DNA of 64,000 bases from Kiloniellales bacterium. GTDB lineage: Bacteria; Pseudomonadota; Alphaproteobacteria; Kiloniellales; JAKSBE01. The position numbers and the translations under genes are program-made. Location of the stretch: positions 3,882-67,881 of the forward strand of contig JAKSBE010000573.1 of NCBI GenBank assembly GCA_022361275.1, written 5' to 3'. The notes under the pieces are model-generated. The model was not told where the DNA came from, did not search any database, and was given only the letters and a program-made list of their open reading frames with translations. Below, piece by piece: positions 39,158 to 47,658 of the stretch (position 1 is the stretch's first letter; each line of letters opens with the position of its first letter).

Positions 39158-40102
39158 ATGACCAAAGGAATTCGGAGCGCTGCGCGTACGGTCGCAGCGA
39201 CGACGGTGTCCCTGTTGATCGTATCGGCATTTCTTGAACGCGCCAATGCCAACCAGGGCGGCGAGGCGCCCGGCGAGGTCGTGCCGGTACTGACGAAAGC
39301 CGAGCGAGGCCGGGTCGAAAAGGATATTGTCGACGACCTCCTGAGTCCGGATTCCCCCCTTGTCGTGAACAAGGAAATCGGCCAGAGGGAGATTGTTCCG
39401 CCGGTCGGGGCCAGCACGCTTCTCGACGGCGTCTTTCCCCTGACCTTCCGGAGCAACCCGCTGATATCATCCCAATGCCGGGAGGCCGCCTACCGCATAA
39501 GCGAGGACAATATCGCCGGAAACGGCCAAACCTATACGGAACGGCTGAAGGGCATCGCGGCCTTGTGGCAGGACATCCACGAGGGGAAGGAATCGCTGAC
39601 TGCGGAGAACTATGCGCGCGTCGTCAACAAATGCGATGTCTGTGGACCGATCGTGAACGAACTGCTTTGGTGTCATGTTCGGGCCGTTCGGAGCAATCCC
39701 CACACGGTCATTTTCTTCCATGTCGGCCAAGCCGGCGTGCAGGACGATGACCGGGACCAGCTCAGGACGTTTATCGAGAGCAACGATGAGCGCTCCTTCG
39801 TTGTCGAGGCCCGCGCCAGCTACCTGTCGCCCAACGAGAACGCCCGTCTGAACGAAGAGCTGGCCCGCCGCAGGGCGGCATCGGTCGTTTCGATCCTCCA
39901 GGACGCCGGTGTTCCGCAAAGCCGCATCAAGACGATCGAAGTCGTCTGGACTCCCCCGCTCCTCAACGAGGAGAAAATGGCAAGCGAATATGGGATCGCG
40001 GAGACGTGGCAACGCCAGAAGGGAGAGAAGGAAAAGCTGTTCTTGAACCAGAGCGTCGTTATCACGGCGTATGATCCCGACGGAAACGACATCCAAGGCT
40101 AG
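39158..40102 (+). CDS. secreted Cys-containing protein with OmpA-like C-terminal domain (hypothetical)
   Basis: AGGAGGGA RBS and signal peptide. Cysteines in SSQCREA and NKCDVCGPIVNELLWCH. The C-terminus (FFHVGQAGV...VVEARASYLSPNENARLNEELARRRAASVVSILQDAGV) looks like a divergent OmpA/MotB peptidoglycan-binding domain. Confidence 0.55.
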   Translation: MTKGIRSAARTVAATTVSLLIVSAFLERANANQGGEAPGEVVPVLTKAERGRVEKDIVDDLLSPDSPLVVNKEIGQREIVPPVGASTLLDGVFPLTFRSNPLISSQCREAAYRISEDNIAGNGQTYTERLKGIAALWQDIHEGKESLTAENYARVVNKCDVCGPIVNELLWCHVRAVRSNPHTVIFFHVGQAGVQDDDRDQLRTFIESNDERSFVVEARASYLSPNENARLNEELARRRAASVVSILQDAGVPQSRIKTIEVVWTPPLLNEEKMASEYGIAETWQRQKGEKEKLFLNQSVVITAYDPDGNDIQG

Positions 40103-40246
40103 GGGTTTTGGCTTTCGTGCAAGCTTCGGTTTGCGACGCGATTTCACGCCGCCATCCCCGTCCGGCTCGCCCCCGTCCGACTGCCAAGGGCTTTCGTGCC
40201 CGGAAGACGTACCGGCGGAGATGCCTTGGCAATGAACGCATCGGAG

Positions 40247-40545
40247 GCGCCCCGGCAGCGCGGTCTCCCAGGCGGCGGCACCGCTGCCGCCTGGGGGCGG
40301 CTTTCGCCTACGCCCTGGTGATGACCCGGCGGCGATCCTGTTTCTCGACCGCGGTCGTCGGGCTGCCCGTCACCGCGGCCCTGCTGCCCTTCGACGACAC
40401 CGTGATGGTCTGGCCTGATCCTGGGCTGGCTGCTCTGGCAGGAGTAGCCGAACGCCGGGATCCGGCCGGGCGTCGGCCTTCTGGTCGCCTGCGGATCCGC
40501 ATCATCCACGACGAGGCACGGCGCGCCGTCTGCCTTCAGCGGGCG
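40247..40545 (+). pseudogene. decayed duplicate of the 3' end of the eamA gene
   Basis: Nucleotide similarity by eye to 34357-34809 (for example ccccggcagc...gctgccgc.tggg.gcgg.cttcgcctA.gccctggtgatga, gccctgctgcccttcgac, caccgtgatg.tctgg, catcatccac), with two internal deletions and many substitutions. Confidence 0.65.
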
Positions 40546-41477
40546 CGGGTGATCCGGCTGTAGGTCGACATCGCCGGATCCAGGATGAACCTGACCAGGA
40601 CCCCGGTCCAGGAGTCGTAGGAGGCCAGGGAGTCGTAGTACTCCGGCGCCGCCGCCTTGAGCTTGGGCAGGTTGTTCCAGGGCACGTTGGCGAAGTCGTG
40701 ATGCTCGTTGTGATAGCCGACGTTGAAGCAGACCCGGTTGAGCGGGCCGTAGTAGGAGTAGGTCTCCTGACCGTCCCGGGTCACGAAGTGCTCCTGGATC
40801 CAGCGGCCGCCCAGGGGATGCAGCCCGAGCCCGAAGAAGGTCGAGAGCAGCAGGTAGACCAGGGCCTTGGGGCCAAGGACGGCGAGGACCAGAAGGTCCA
40901 CGGCGACGACCGCGACGACGTTGGCCAGGACCCAGCGGTCCCAGAGGCCGATGCCGAGGATCTTCTTGGGACGCAGGGCCTGGGACAGCGAAAAGAACAG
41001 CATCCAGAGGGCCTTTCGGGCCGGCCGGTTGCCGATCAGACGCGCCTCGCCCTGGGTCGGCATGTCGGCATCGAGCGCCTCGACCCCCATGTGCTTGTGA
41101 TGCAGCAGATGGTACTTGCGGAAGGCCATGGCGCCCGGCACCACCAGGGCGAAGTCGCAGACGATGCCCAGCACCTGGTTGGGCCAATGCCGCTTGAAGA
41201 CCAGGTTGTGCGTGCATTCGTGGATCAGCACGTAGAGGGCGTGGTTCGGAAAGGCGCCAAGGACATAGGCGAAGACAACGACCAGCAGCCAGTGCGCATC
41301 GAAGGCGGCCAGGCCGGCCGCGACCGAGAGTTGCAGCCCGACCAGAAGGAACACGAAGCCCGCCGTCGCGGGATTGTTGCCCATCAGCGCCTTGACGGTC
41401 GGGTAGTGCTTGAGAATGGCGCGCCTGCGCGCGAGGTGAGCGTCGGGCCAGTCGACCCGGCTGAAGCGATCCGCCAT
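40536..41477 (-). CDS. fatty acid desaturase family protein (sphingolipid delta-4 desaturase-like)
   Basis: Three histidine boxes: HECTHN, HLLHHKH, HNEHHDF. ATG verified at 41475-41477. Confidence 0.85.
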   Translation of the reverse strand: MADRFSRVDWPDAHLARRRAILKHYPTVKALMGNNPATAGFVFLLVGLQLSVAAGLAAFDAHWLLVVVFAYVLGAFPNHALYVLIHECTHNLVFKRHWPNQVLGIVCDFALVVPGAMAFRKYHLLHHKHMGVEALDADMPTQGEARLIGNRPARKALWMLFFSLSQALRPKKILGIGLWDRWVLANVVAVVAVDLLVLAVLGPKALVYLLLSTFFGLGLHPLGGRWIQEHFVTRDGQETYSYYGPLNRVCFNVGYHNEHHDFANVPWNNLPKLKAAAPEYYDSLASYDSWTGVLVRFILDPAMSTYSRITRAR

Positions 41478-41882
41478 GCGGCTCTTGCTCCCAAAAACGC
41501 GGTTGTCGGGAAAGCGGGCGCAAGCAGCCGTAGAGCTGGGCCGGAAGCGAGGCACGCCGGGAATCGAGCTGTCGTGTTACGTCAGTGGATAGCGTGTCTC
41601 TACCGCGGTCAAGGTTAACGAGTCCTTACCGGGCGTGAGCCGGGTCACAACCGGGGGTGGCCCGGCTCGCGGCGGCCACGTTGCCGGCGCCCGACGATTC
41701 CACCTACAAATCCCCGGCCGCAGCGACTACCCTTCGGCCGACGGGAAACCAGGGCGAAGGAAGCCGGACGTGGGCAAGCTTGCGGGGCGACGGGCGATCA
41801 TCACGGACGCCGCGGCGACGCGGGTCTTCGCCGAGGCCGGGGCCAAGGCGGCGCCAGCGCCTTTTGAGACGGGAGACGAGAG

Positions 41883-42305
41883 ATGAAGCTACCGACCCTG
41901 AAGTCCGCCATGACCCCCTTCCCGCATTCCGTGGAGGTCGACGCCCCGCTCCAGGAGGCGCGGGACCTGATGCGTTCGCACGACTTCCACCATCTTCCGG
42001 TGACCGAGGCGCATAAGCTGGTCGGCGTGATCTCGGAACGCGACATCATGGCGGCCCTGGGCCGCGGCGGCGATGCCGCTCGACTGGCGGTGCGCGACGT
42101 CTATGTCGCCGACGCCTATGTCGTCGACCTGGAGGAGCCGATCGAGGACGTGCTGCTCACCATGGCCGAGCGGCACATCGGCTCGGCCATCGTGACCCGC
42201 AAGGGCCGCCTCGCCGGAGTCTTCACCTCCATGGACGTCTGCCGCAGCTTCGGCGAGTTCCTGTTGGAGTATTTCCCGCGGCCCGGCGGCGGTCAGGCCG
42301 CCTGA
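41883..42305 (+). CDS. CBS-domain pair protein
   Basis: Two CBS repeats (HHLPVTEAHKLVGVISERDI and GSAIVTRKGRLAGVFTSMDV). Confidence 0.85.
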   Translation: MKLPTLKSAMTPFPHSVEVDAPLQEARDLMRSHDFHHLPVTEAHKLVGVISERDIMAALGRGGDAARLAVRDVYVADAYVVDLEEPIEDVLLTMAERHIGSAIVTRKGRLAGVFTSMDVCRSFGEFLLEYFPRPGGGQAA

Positions 42306-42590
42306 ACACGACCAGATCCCAACGAATATTCAGGTTACTCTTAAGGTAAATCAAAGTTTTTATTTGCATTTAGCGTCATTTCTTGTTGACGTTTAGCACA
42401 TCTATACTTAGATTGTCTTTTCGCAAAGACCCATCGCCCCAGAGGTGAGGAAGGACCAAGAAGACGGCACAGGCGTTTCTTCGTGACGAGCAGGGTGCCG
42501 CCGGCCTCGGCATCGCCCTGGTCCTGAAACCGATCTTCGTAGCCGTCGACTGGTTCTTTTGAGGTCTGAGCAACAACAAGCGCGCCTCGG

Positions 42591-42644
42591 CTCGCGCGGT
42601 GGTCGGTCGGCTAAGGGGGAGCGTCGGCCGCCGCGCGAGTTTTT
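42591..42644 (+). terminator. strong Rho-independent terminator-like hairpin
   Basis: About 16-17 bp stem (ctcgcgcggtggtcgg... / ...ccgccgcgcgag, allowing G-U pairs) followed by ttttt. About 90 nt upstream of the GST start. Confidence 0.55.
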
Positions 42645-42736
42645 CTTCACTGTCGTCCCGGCATTCGCTAGACAGAGCGGGCCCTTGAGGAAGGAGACGC
42701 CTGCTGCGGCTCCGTTCGGGGCCAGGAGGCTTTGCT

Positions 42737-43447
42737 GTGACGATTCAGCTCCATGACCTTCAGCTCCATGACCTGGCCGGCCAGGACGACGACTGCCGCT
42801 TCAGCCCGCACTGCTGGCGCGTCAGGATGGCCCTGGCGCACAAAGGCCTGGAGGTCGAGACCCTGCCCTGGCGCTTCACCGAGAAAGACGCCATCGCGGA
42901 CAGCGGCCAGGGCCAGGTTCCGGTCCTGCGGGACGGCGACCGGGTGGTCCATGAATCCTGGCAGATCGCCGAGTACCTCGACGAGGCCTACCCCGAGCGG
43001 CCCCGGCTCTTCGAGAGCCCTCAGGCCCGCGCCCACGCCCAGATGATCAGGCACTGGGCGCAGCGGAGCCTGCATCCGGCGGTGGTCCAGGTCATCATGC
43101 CGGAGCTCTTCGCGGCCCTGCACGAGAAGGACAAGGGCTACTTCCGCGAAAGCCGGGAGGCGCGCTTCGGTACGACCCTGGAAGCCTTCGCCGGCGACCG
43201 CGAGGAGAAGCTCGCCAACCTCGGCAAGGCTCTGGCGCCGCTGCGCGACACCGTGAAGCTGCAGCCCTACCTCGGCGGCACGGCGCCCAGCTTCGCCGAC
43301 TGCATCGTCTTCGGCGCCTTCCAATGGGCCCGGGCGGTCTGTCCGACCGCCCTGGTCGCCGAGGACGACCCGGTCTACGCCTGGCGCGGCCGGCTTCTGG
43401 AGGCCTACGACGGCCTCGCGGCCAAGGCTCAGGGCTTCCCGGTCTGA
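42737..43447 (+). CDS. glutathione S-transferase family protein
   Basis: GST N-domain pattern (SPHCWRVRMALAHKGLEVE, QVPVLRDGDRVVHESWQIAEYL). AGGAGG lies 7 nt before the GTG start. Confidence 0.8.
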   Translation: MTIQLHDLQLHDLAGQDDDCRFSPHCWRVRMALAHKGLEVETLPWRFTEKDAIADSGQGQVPVLRDGDRVVHESWQIAEYLDEAYPERPRLFESPQARAHAQMIRHWAQRSLHPAVVQVIMPELFAALHEKDKGYFRESREARFGTTLEAFAGDREEKLANLGKALAPLRDTVKLQPYLGGTAPSFADCIVFGAFQWARAVCPTALVAEDDPVYAWRGRLLEAYDGLAAKAQGFPV

Positions 43448-43631
43448 GCCCGCCGCGCCGCCGGCATCTCGGCCGCGCCACGATGCGATCTTGCGGATTG
43501 AGCGGGGCCGCCGGGCTTCCCATATCGCTGCTACACTTCGCTTGGCCGGAACCGGGGCCGAGCCCGTCGCGCCCGGGCGACACGGTCGCGACGCCACTGC
43601 GGGGATCACCAGACAGCGGAAGGCAGACGCC

Positions 43632-44336
43632 ATGATCGAGCTTCACTACTGGCCCACGCCGAACGGCCACAAGATCACCATGTTCCTCGAGGAAGCCGGG
43701 CTCGCCTACGAGATCAAGCCCGTCGACATCGGCCGCGGCGCACAGTTCGAGGCGGACTTCCTGAAGATCGCGCCCAACAACCGCATGCCGGCGATCGTCG
43801 ACCACGAGCCGGCCGACGGCGGGGCGCCGATCTCGGTCTTCGAGTCCGGCGCCATCCTGCAGTACCTGGCCGAAAAGACCGGGCAGTTCCTGCCCGCCGA
43901 CCTGCGCGGCCGGACCGAGGTCATGCAGTGGCTGTTCTGGCAGATGGGCGGCCTCGGGCCGATGCTGGGTCAGAACCATCACTTCAAGGTCTACGCGCCG
44001 GAGCCCGTGCCCTACGCCATCGACCGCTACGTCAAGGAGACGACGCGGCTCTACAACGTGCTCAACCGTCGCCTCGCCGACCGCGACTTCGTCGCCGGCG
44101 CCTACTCCATCGCCGACATGGCGTGCTATCCCTGGATCGTGCCCCACGAGCGCCAGGGCCAGAACCTCGACGACTTCCCGCACCTCAAGCGCTGGTTCGA
44201 GGCGGTGCGCGGCCGCCCGGCGACCGCCCGGGCCTACGAGAAGGGCGAGCCTTACCGCACCCGCGAGACCGTCGACGAGGAGGCCAGGAAGATCCTCTTC
44301 GGCCAGACCGACACTGTCGCCCCGGCCGGAACGTAG
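43632..44336 (+). CDS. glutathione S-transferase (YfcG/Nu-class-like)
   Basis: MIELHYWPTPNGHKITMFLEEAGLAYE...PNNRMPAIVD...VFESGAILQYLAEK. ATG verified at 43632. Confidence 0.85.
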   Translation: MIELHYWPTPNGHKITMFLEEAGLAYEIKPVDIGRGAQFEADFLKIAPNNRMPAIVDHEPADGGAPISVFESGAILQYLAEKTGQFLPADLRGRTEVMQWLFWQMGGLGPMLGQNHHFKVYAPEPVPYAIDRYVKETTRLYNVLNRRLADRDFVAGAYSIADMACYPWIVPHERQGQNLDDFPHLKRWFEAVRGRPATARAYEKGEPYRTRETVDEEARKILFGQTDTVAPAGT

Positions 44337-44374
44337 CGCCTGCTCCTTGGTATTAGGAGCGCCCTATGCCCCCT

Positions 44375-44460
44375 TCCGCTGTCATGCCCGGACGTGATCC
44401 GGGCATCCATCTTGCCGCTGCGCCATGGATTGCCGGGTCAAGCCCGGCAATGACAGCCGG
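44375..44460. repeat. double-hairpin extragenic repeat (the element that translates as MDCRVKPGND)
   Basis: Hairpins atgcccgg-acgtgat-ccgggcat (44384-44406) and attgccggg-tcaa-gcccggcaat (44429-44451). This sequence type is widely dispersed in alphaproteobacterial intergenic regions. Confidence 0.6.
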
Positions 44461-44522
44461 GGTGGGGCAGGGCGTGACGCCTCAGGGCTGACGCCGACAC
44501 GCCCGCCGGCGAGCAAAGCCGG

Positions 44523-46070
44523 TCAGGCGCAGAAGCCGTCGATGACCTGCCGGGCGCGTGCCGCGATCGCCTGGCGTTTCGCCGGATCCATGCGGGCCAG
44601 GTTGCGGTAGGGCATGGCCATGCGCGGGTTGCCCCCGATCCGCGCCTCCTGCTCGATCAGGAAGTTCCAGTAGAGCGCGTTGAAAGGGCAGGAGGTCGCT
44701 TCCGTCGTGGTCTTCACGTCGTAGGTGCAATGCCGGCAATAGTCCGACATGCGGTCGATGTACTTGCCGCTGGCGGCGTAAGGCTTCGAGCCCAGGACGC
44801 CGCCGTCGGCGTGAATCGCCATGCCGTGGGTGTTCGGCAGTTCGACCCATTCGAAGGCGTCGGCGTAGACCGCCAGGTACCAGTCGCAGATCTCCTTCGG
44901 CCGGACGCCCAGAAGCAGCGCGAAGTTGCCGGTCACCATGAGGCGCTGGATGTGGTGGGCATAGGCCAGGTCGCGGGTCTGACCGAGGCACTGCCGCATG
45001 CAGTTCATCTCGGTCTCGGCCGTCCAGTAGAAGGCGGGCAGGGGGCGCTCGGCGGCCAGGGCGTTGGTCTCGGCGTAATCCGGCATCTTCAGCCAGTAGA
45101 TCCCGCGGACGTACTCCCGCCAGCCCAGGATCTGCCGGATGAAGCCTTCGGCGGCGTTGATCGGCACCCGACCGGCGTCGTAGGCGGCCTCGACCGCGGC
45201 GCAGACCTCGCGGGGCTCGAGCAGGCCGAGGTTCAGGTAGGGCGAGATCACGGCGTGGAACAGCACCGCCGCGTCCTGCTTCATGGCGTCCTGATAGTCG
45301 CCGAAGCGGGGCAAGGCGTCCTCCACGAAGCCTTGAAGGAGCGCCAGCGCGTCCCGCCGGGTCACGGCGAAGCCGAAACCCTCGAGGCGGCCGAAACGGT
45401 CCGCGAAGCGCCGGCCGACCAGATCCAGGACCTCTTCCGTGATCCGGTCCGGCGCGACGGCGGGCGGCGCCGGCAGCGGCAGGTCGGCGGGCAGACGCTT
45501 GCGGTTCTCCTTGTCGAAGTTCCAGTCGCCGCCCTTCGGGCCCCCGCCGTCCGAGGAGTCCGCCATCAGGATGCCGCTGCGCCGCCGCATCCAGCGGTAG
45601 AAGTGCTCCATCCGCAGTTGCTTGCGGTCGCCGGCCCAGCCCGCGAAGTCGCGGCGCGCGCAGAAGAAGCGGTCGTCGTCCCGGATCTCGACCGGCAGGC
45701 GCAGGTCCTCGGACCAGCCGCGCATGGCCTCCAGCACCCGGTACTCGCCGGGCTCGCAGACGACGACGCGGCGCGGCCGGTGCCGCGCGACCGCGCGCCG
45801 GAGCTCGCCGCCGAAGCTGCCGCTGTTGTCCGGATCGTCGAGCCGGACGTAGTCAACCCGCAGGCCTTCGGCCGTCAGCGCGGCGGCGAAGTGGCGCATG
45901 GCCGAGAGGATCAGCGCGATCTTCTTGGGATGATGGGGAACGTAGGTCGTCTCCTCGGCGACCTCCACCATCACCACGACGTCCCGGGCGGGATCGATGT
46001 CGCGCAAGCTGGAGAGGCCCCGGGTCAGCTGATCGCCGAGAAGGAACCGCAGGGTTTCGACGCCGCTCAT
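44523..46070 (-). CDS. cryptochrome/photolyase family protein, FeS-BCP (CryB / PhrB-like) type
   Basis: Start MSGVETLRFLLGDQL. The C-terminal DYCRHCTYDVKTTTEATSCPFNALYW has the C-x2-C-x12-C spacing of the 4Fe-4S cluster class. ATG verified at 46068-46070. Confidence 0.85.
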   Translation of the reverse strand: MSGVETLRFLLGDQLTRGLSSLRDIDPARDVVVMVEVAEETTYVPHHPKKIALILSAMRHFAAALTAEGLRVDYVRLDDPDNSGSFGGELRRAVARHRPRRVVVCEPGEYRVLEAMRGWSEDLRLPVEIRDDDRFFCARRDFAGWAGDRKQLRMEHFYRWMRRRSGILMADSSDGGGPKGGDWNFDKENRKRLPADLPLPAPPAVAPDRITEEVLDLVGRRFADRFGRLEGFGFAVTRRDALALLQGFVEDALPRFGDYQDAMKQDAAVLFHAVISPYLNLGLLEPREVCAAVEAAYDAGRVPINAAEGFIRQILGWREYVRGIYWLKMPDYAETNALAAERPLPAFYWTAETEMNCMRQCLGQTRDLAYAHHIQRLMVTGNFALLLGVRPKEICDWYLAVYADAFEWVELPNTHGMAIHADGGVLGSKPYAASGKYIDRMSDYCRHCTYDVKTTTEATSCPFNALYWNFLIEQEARIGGNPRMAMPYRNLARMDPAKRQAIAARARQVIDGFCA

Positions 46071-46549
46071 GCCAGGGCGCCGACCGCGAGGCAGGCGACC
46101 GCCACGAGGGTCAGGGGCAGCCGCAGCCGGGGGTACCACGGCGGCGCCAGGCCGCGGCCGGCGGCCAGGAGATCGCCCGGCAGCAGGGCGGCGAAGGCCG
46201 CCGCCAGCAGCCAGAGCGCGGGGGCCGGGGCGTAAAGGTTCGCGACCAGAAGGGCGAGCCAGCCGATCAGCGAGGGCAGCACGCTGAGCCCGATCTGCAG
46301 CGGGCGCCCCGCCGGCGCCGCCAGCCCCCAATGGACGCCGCCGAGAAAGGAGAGGATCACCGCGCCGTAGCCGGCCAGGGCGAGGCCGGCGTCGGGCAGG
46401 CGCTCGGCCGGCAGCAGCCAGGGCGCGAGCGCCCCCGCGACGAAGGGGATCAGGCCGAGCGGCCCGAGCCACAGCGCGGCATTCGGAATCCTGGCGGGGG
46501 ATGGGGCGGGGGAAGGGGCAGGGGCGGAAGCTGCTTCGCCGAAGGCCAT
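46067..46549 (-). CDS. DUF3429-like membrane protein
   Basis: Four hydrophobic helices and the SFLGGVHWGLA motif. The stop overlaps the photolyase ATG by 4 nt. Confidence 0.7.
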   Translation of the reverse strand: MAFGEAASAPAPSPAPSPARIPNAALWLGPLGLIPFVAGALAPWLLPAERLPDAGLALAGYGAVILSFLGGVHWGLAAPAGRPLQIGLSVLPSLIGWLALLVANLYAPAPALWLLAAAFAALLPGDLLAAGRGLAPPWYPRLRLPLTLVAVACLAVGALA

Positions 46550-46675
46550 TGGACCCTGGGTCTCCCGGGCTCGAAAGGGACCGGGGACGCCCCCGCGGAA
46601 GCCCGGGCGTCCTCGCCTAAGGGCTTACGCTGGAAGTACGGCTTCGGATGAACCCCGGCGCCGCGGCCCGGGGGG

Positions 46676-47311
46676 TCAGGAGAAGAAGTCGTGTACCGTC
46701 AGGTGGTCGCGGAAGGCGCGCTGGTTGTGCCGGTCCTCGTCCGGGAAGCGCTGCATCAGGAAGGCGTAGGCGGCCGAGAGCCGGGCGTTGGCCAGGCCGA
46801 GCAGCCCGTTGTCCCAGTCATGGAAGTCGGACCGCCCGGCCGCCTCCCAGTCCCGCAGGTAGCGGCGCTGGGCGTCTATGGCCTCGGCGACCATAGCCTC
46901 GAAGGGCAGCAGGTCTTCCGGCGTGTCCAGAGCCTTGAGGCGGCTCATGATGGTCCGGTAGTTCTCGTCCATCAGGAAGGGCTGCCGCCCTTCCGAGAGG
47001 GCCGAGACGGCGGCCCGCCACTCCACCGCCGCGGCGTCGGTCAGGCCGAAGACCCGCTCCAGGTACCAGGCGACCTCGCGCGGCACTTGGCTGCGGAAGA
47101 CCTGGAAGTCGGTCCGGCGCTCGCCGTCGGCGCCGTCGGCGGGCCGGAACGCCCCGGACTGCTGCAGAATGCCCAAGGGCTCGGTGTCGATGTGCGCGAC
47201 CTTCTTCTGGGCCGCGTAGTCCCGATAGCTGTCGGGCTCGTAAGGCTGAAAGACGGCGGCGCTGAAAGCGGCGGAGCCGAGCAGCACCCCCAGCCAGATC
47301 GGTGCGCGCAT
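46676..47311 (-). CDS. hypothetical secreted protein
   Basis: Signal peptide MRAPIWLGVLLGSAAFSAAV. GC3-rich. No recognised motif. Confidence 0.6.
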   Translation of the reverse strand: MRAPIWLGVLLGSAAFSAAVFQPYEPDSYRDYAAQKKVAHIDTEPLGILQQSGAFRPADGADGERRTDFQVFRSQVPREVAWYLERVFGLTDAAAVEWRAAVSALSEGRQPFLMDENYRTIMSRLKALDTPEDLLPFEAMVAEAIDAQRRYLRDWEAAGRSDFHDWDNGLLGLANARLSAAYAFLMQRFPDEDRHNQRAFRDHLTVHDFFS

Positions 47312-47317
47312 GGCGGC

Positions 47318-47518
47318 TCAGGCCCAGAAGGCGGCGGCCGCTGCAAGGCCGCGGGACGGCCGTCGTGGCGAGTCCTCGGCCAGCGGCTCCAGGGCCTCCA
47401 GCACCCGGGCCAGGGCGGCGGCATCCTCCGGACGCTGAGGCGCGGAACGGCTCAGCGCTTCGCTCAGGGCCTCGCCCCCGAGCCTCTCGACCTTGTCCTG
47501 TGAGCGGAACGCGACCAT
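47318..47518 (-). CDS. hypothetical small protein (66 aa)
   Basis: GC3-rich frame ending 6 nt before the next gene's ATG. No motif. Start uncertain; the ORF opens at 47593. Confidence 0.35.
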   Translation of the reverse strand: MVAFRSQDKVERLGGEALSEALSRSAPQRPEDAAALARVLEALEPLAEDSPRRPSRGLAAAAAFWA

Positions 47519-47658
47519 GCGACCCGAAGCCCCCCTCGCCAAAGAATCCGCCTGTCGCCTTCCGCGTCCAGACGCTCCCGAGACCCTCATCATGGAAAGT
47601 ATCGGCCGCTGGCCGTTAAGATGCTGTTAAGGGGGTACTTTTTCCGGATGGCCGGGGG

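Noticed and set aside
42449-42562. A frame reading KKTAQAFLRDEQGAAGLGIALVL..., reminiscent of the FLxDExGA start of Flp/Fap pilins.
   Set aside because: No ATG/GTG/TTG start follows the upstream TGA at 42446. The G/xxxxEY processing motif is absent. No tad/cpa genes are nearby. I treat the interval as a possible non-coding transcript instead.
18037-42773. Whether any of the short direct repeats (18037, 18594, 36471, 42744 and others) form a CRISPR array.
   Set aside because: Each has only two adjacent copies with no spacers, the units are 12-20 bp, and no cas genes are present.
44425-44610. A 61-aa ORF starting MDCRVKPGNDS.
   Set aside because: It is the fortuitous translation of the double-hairpin repeat element, not a gene.
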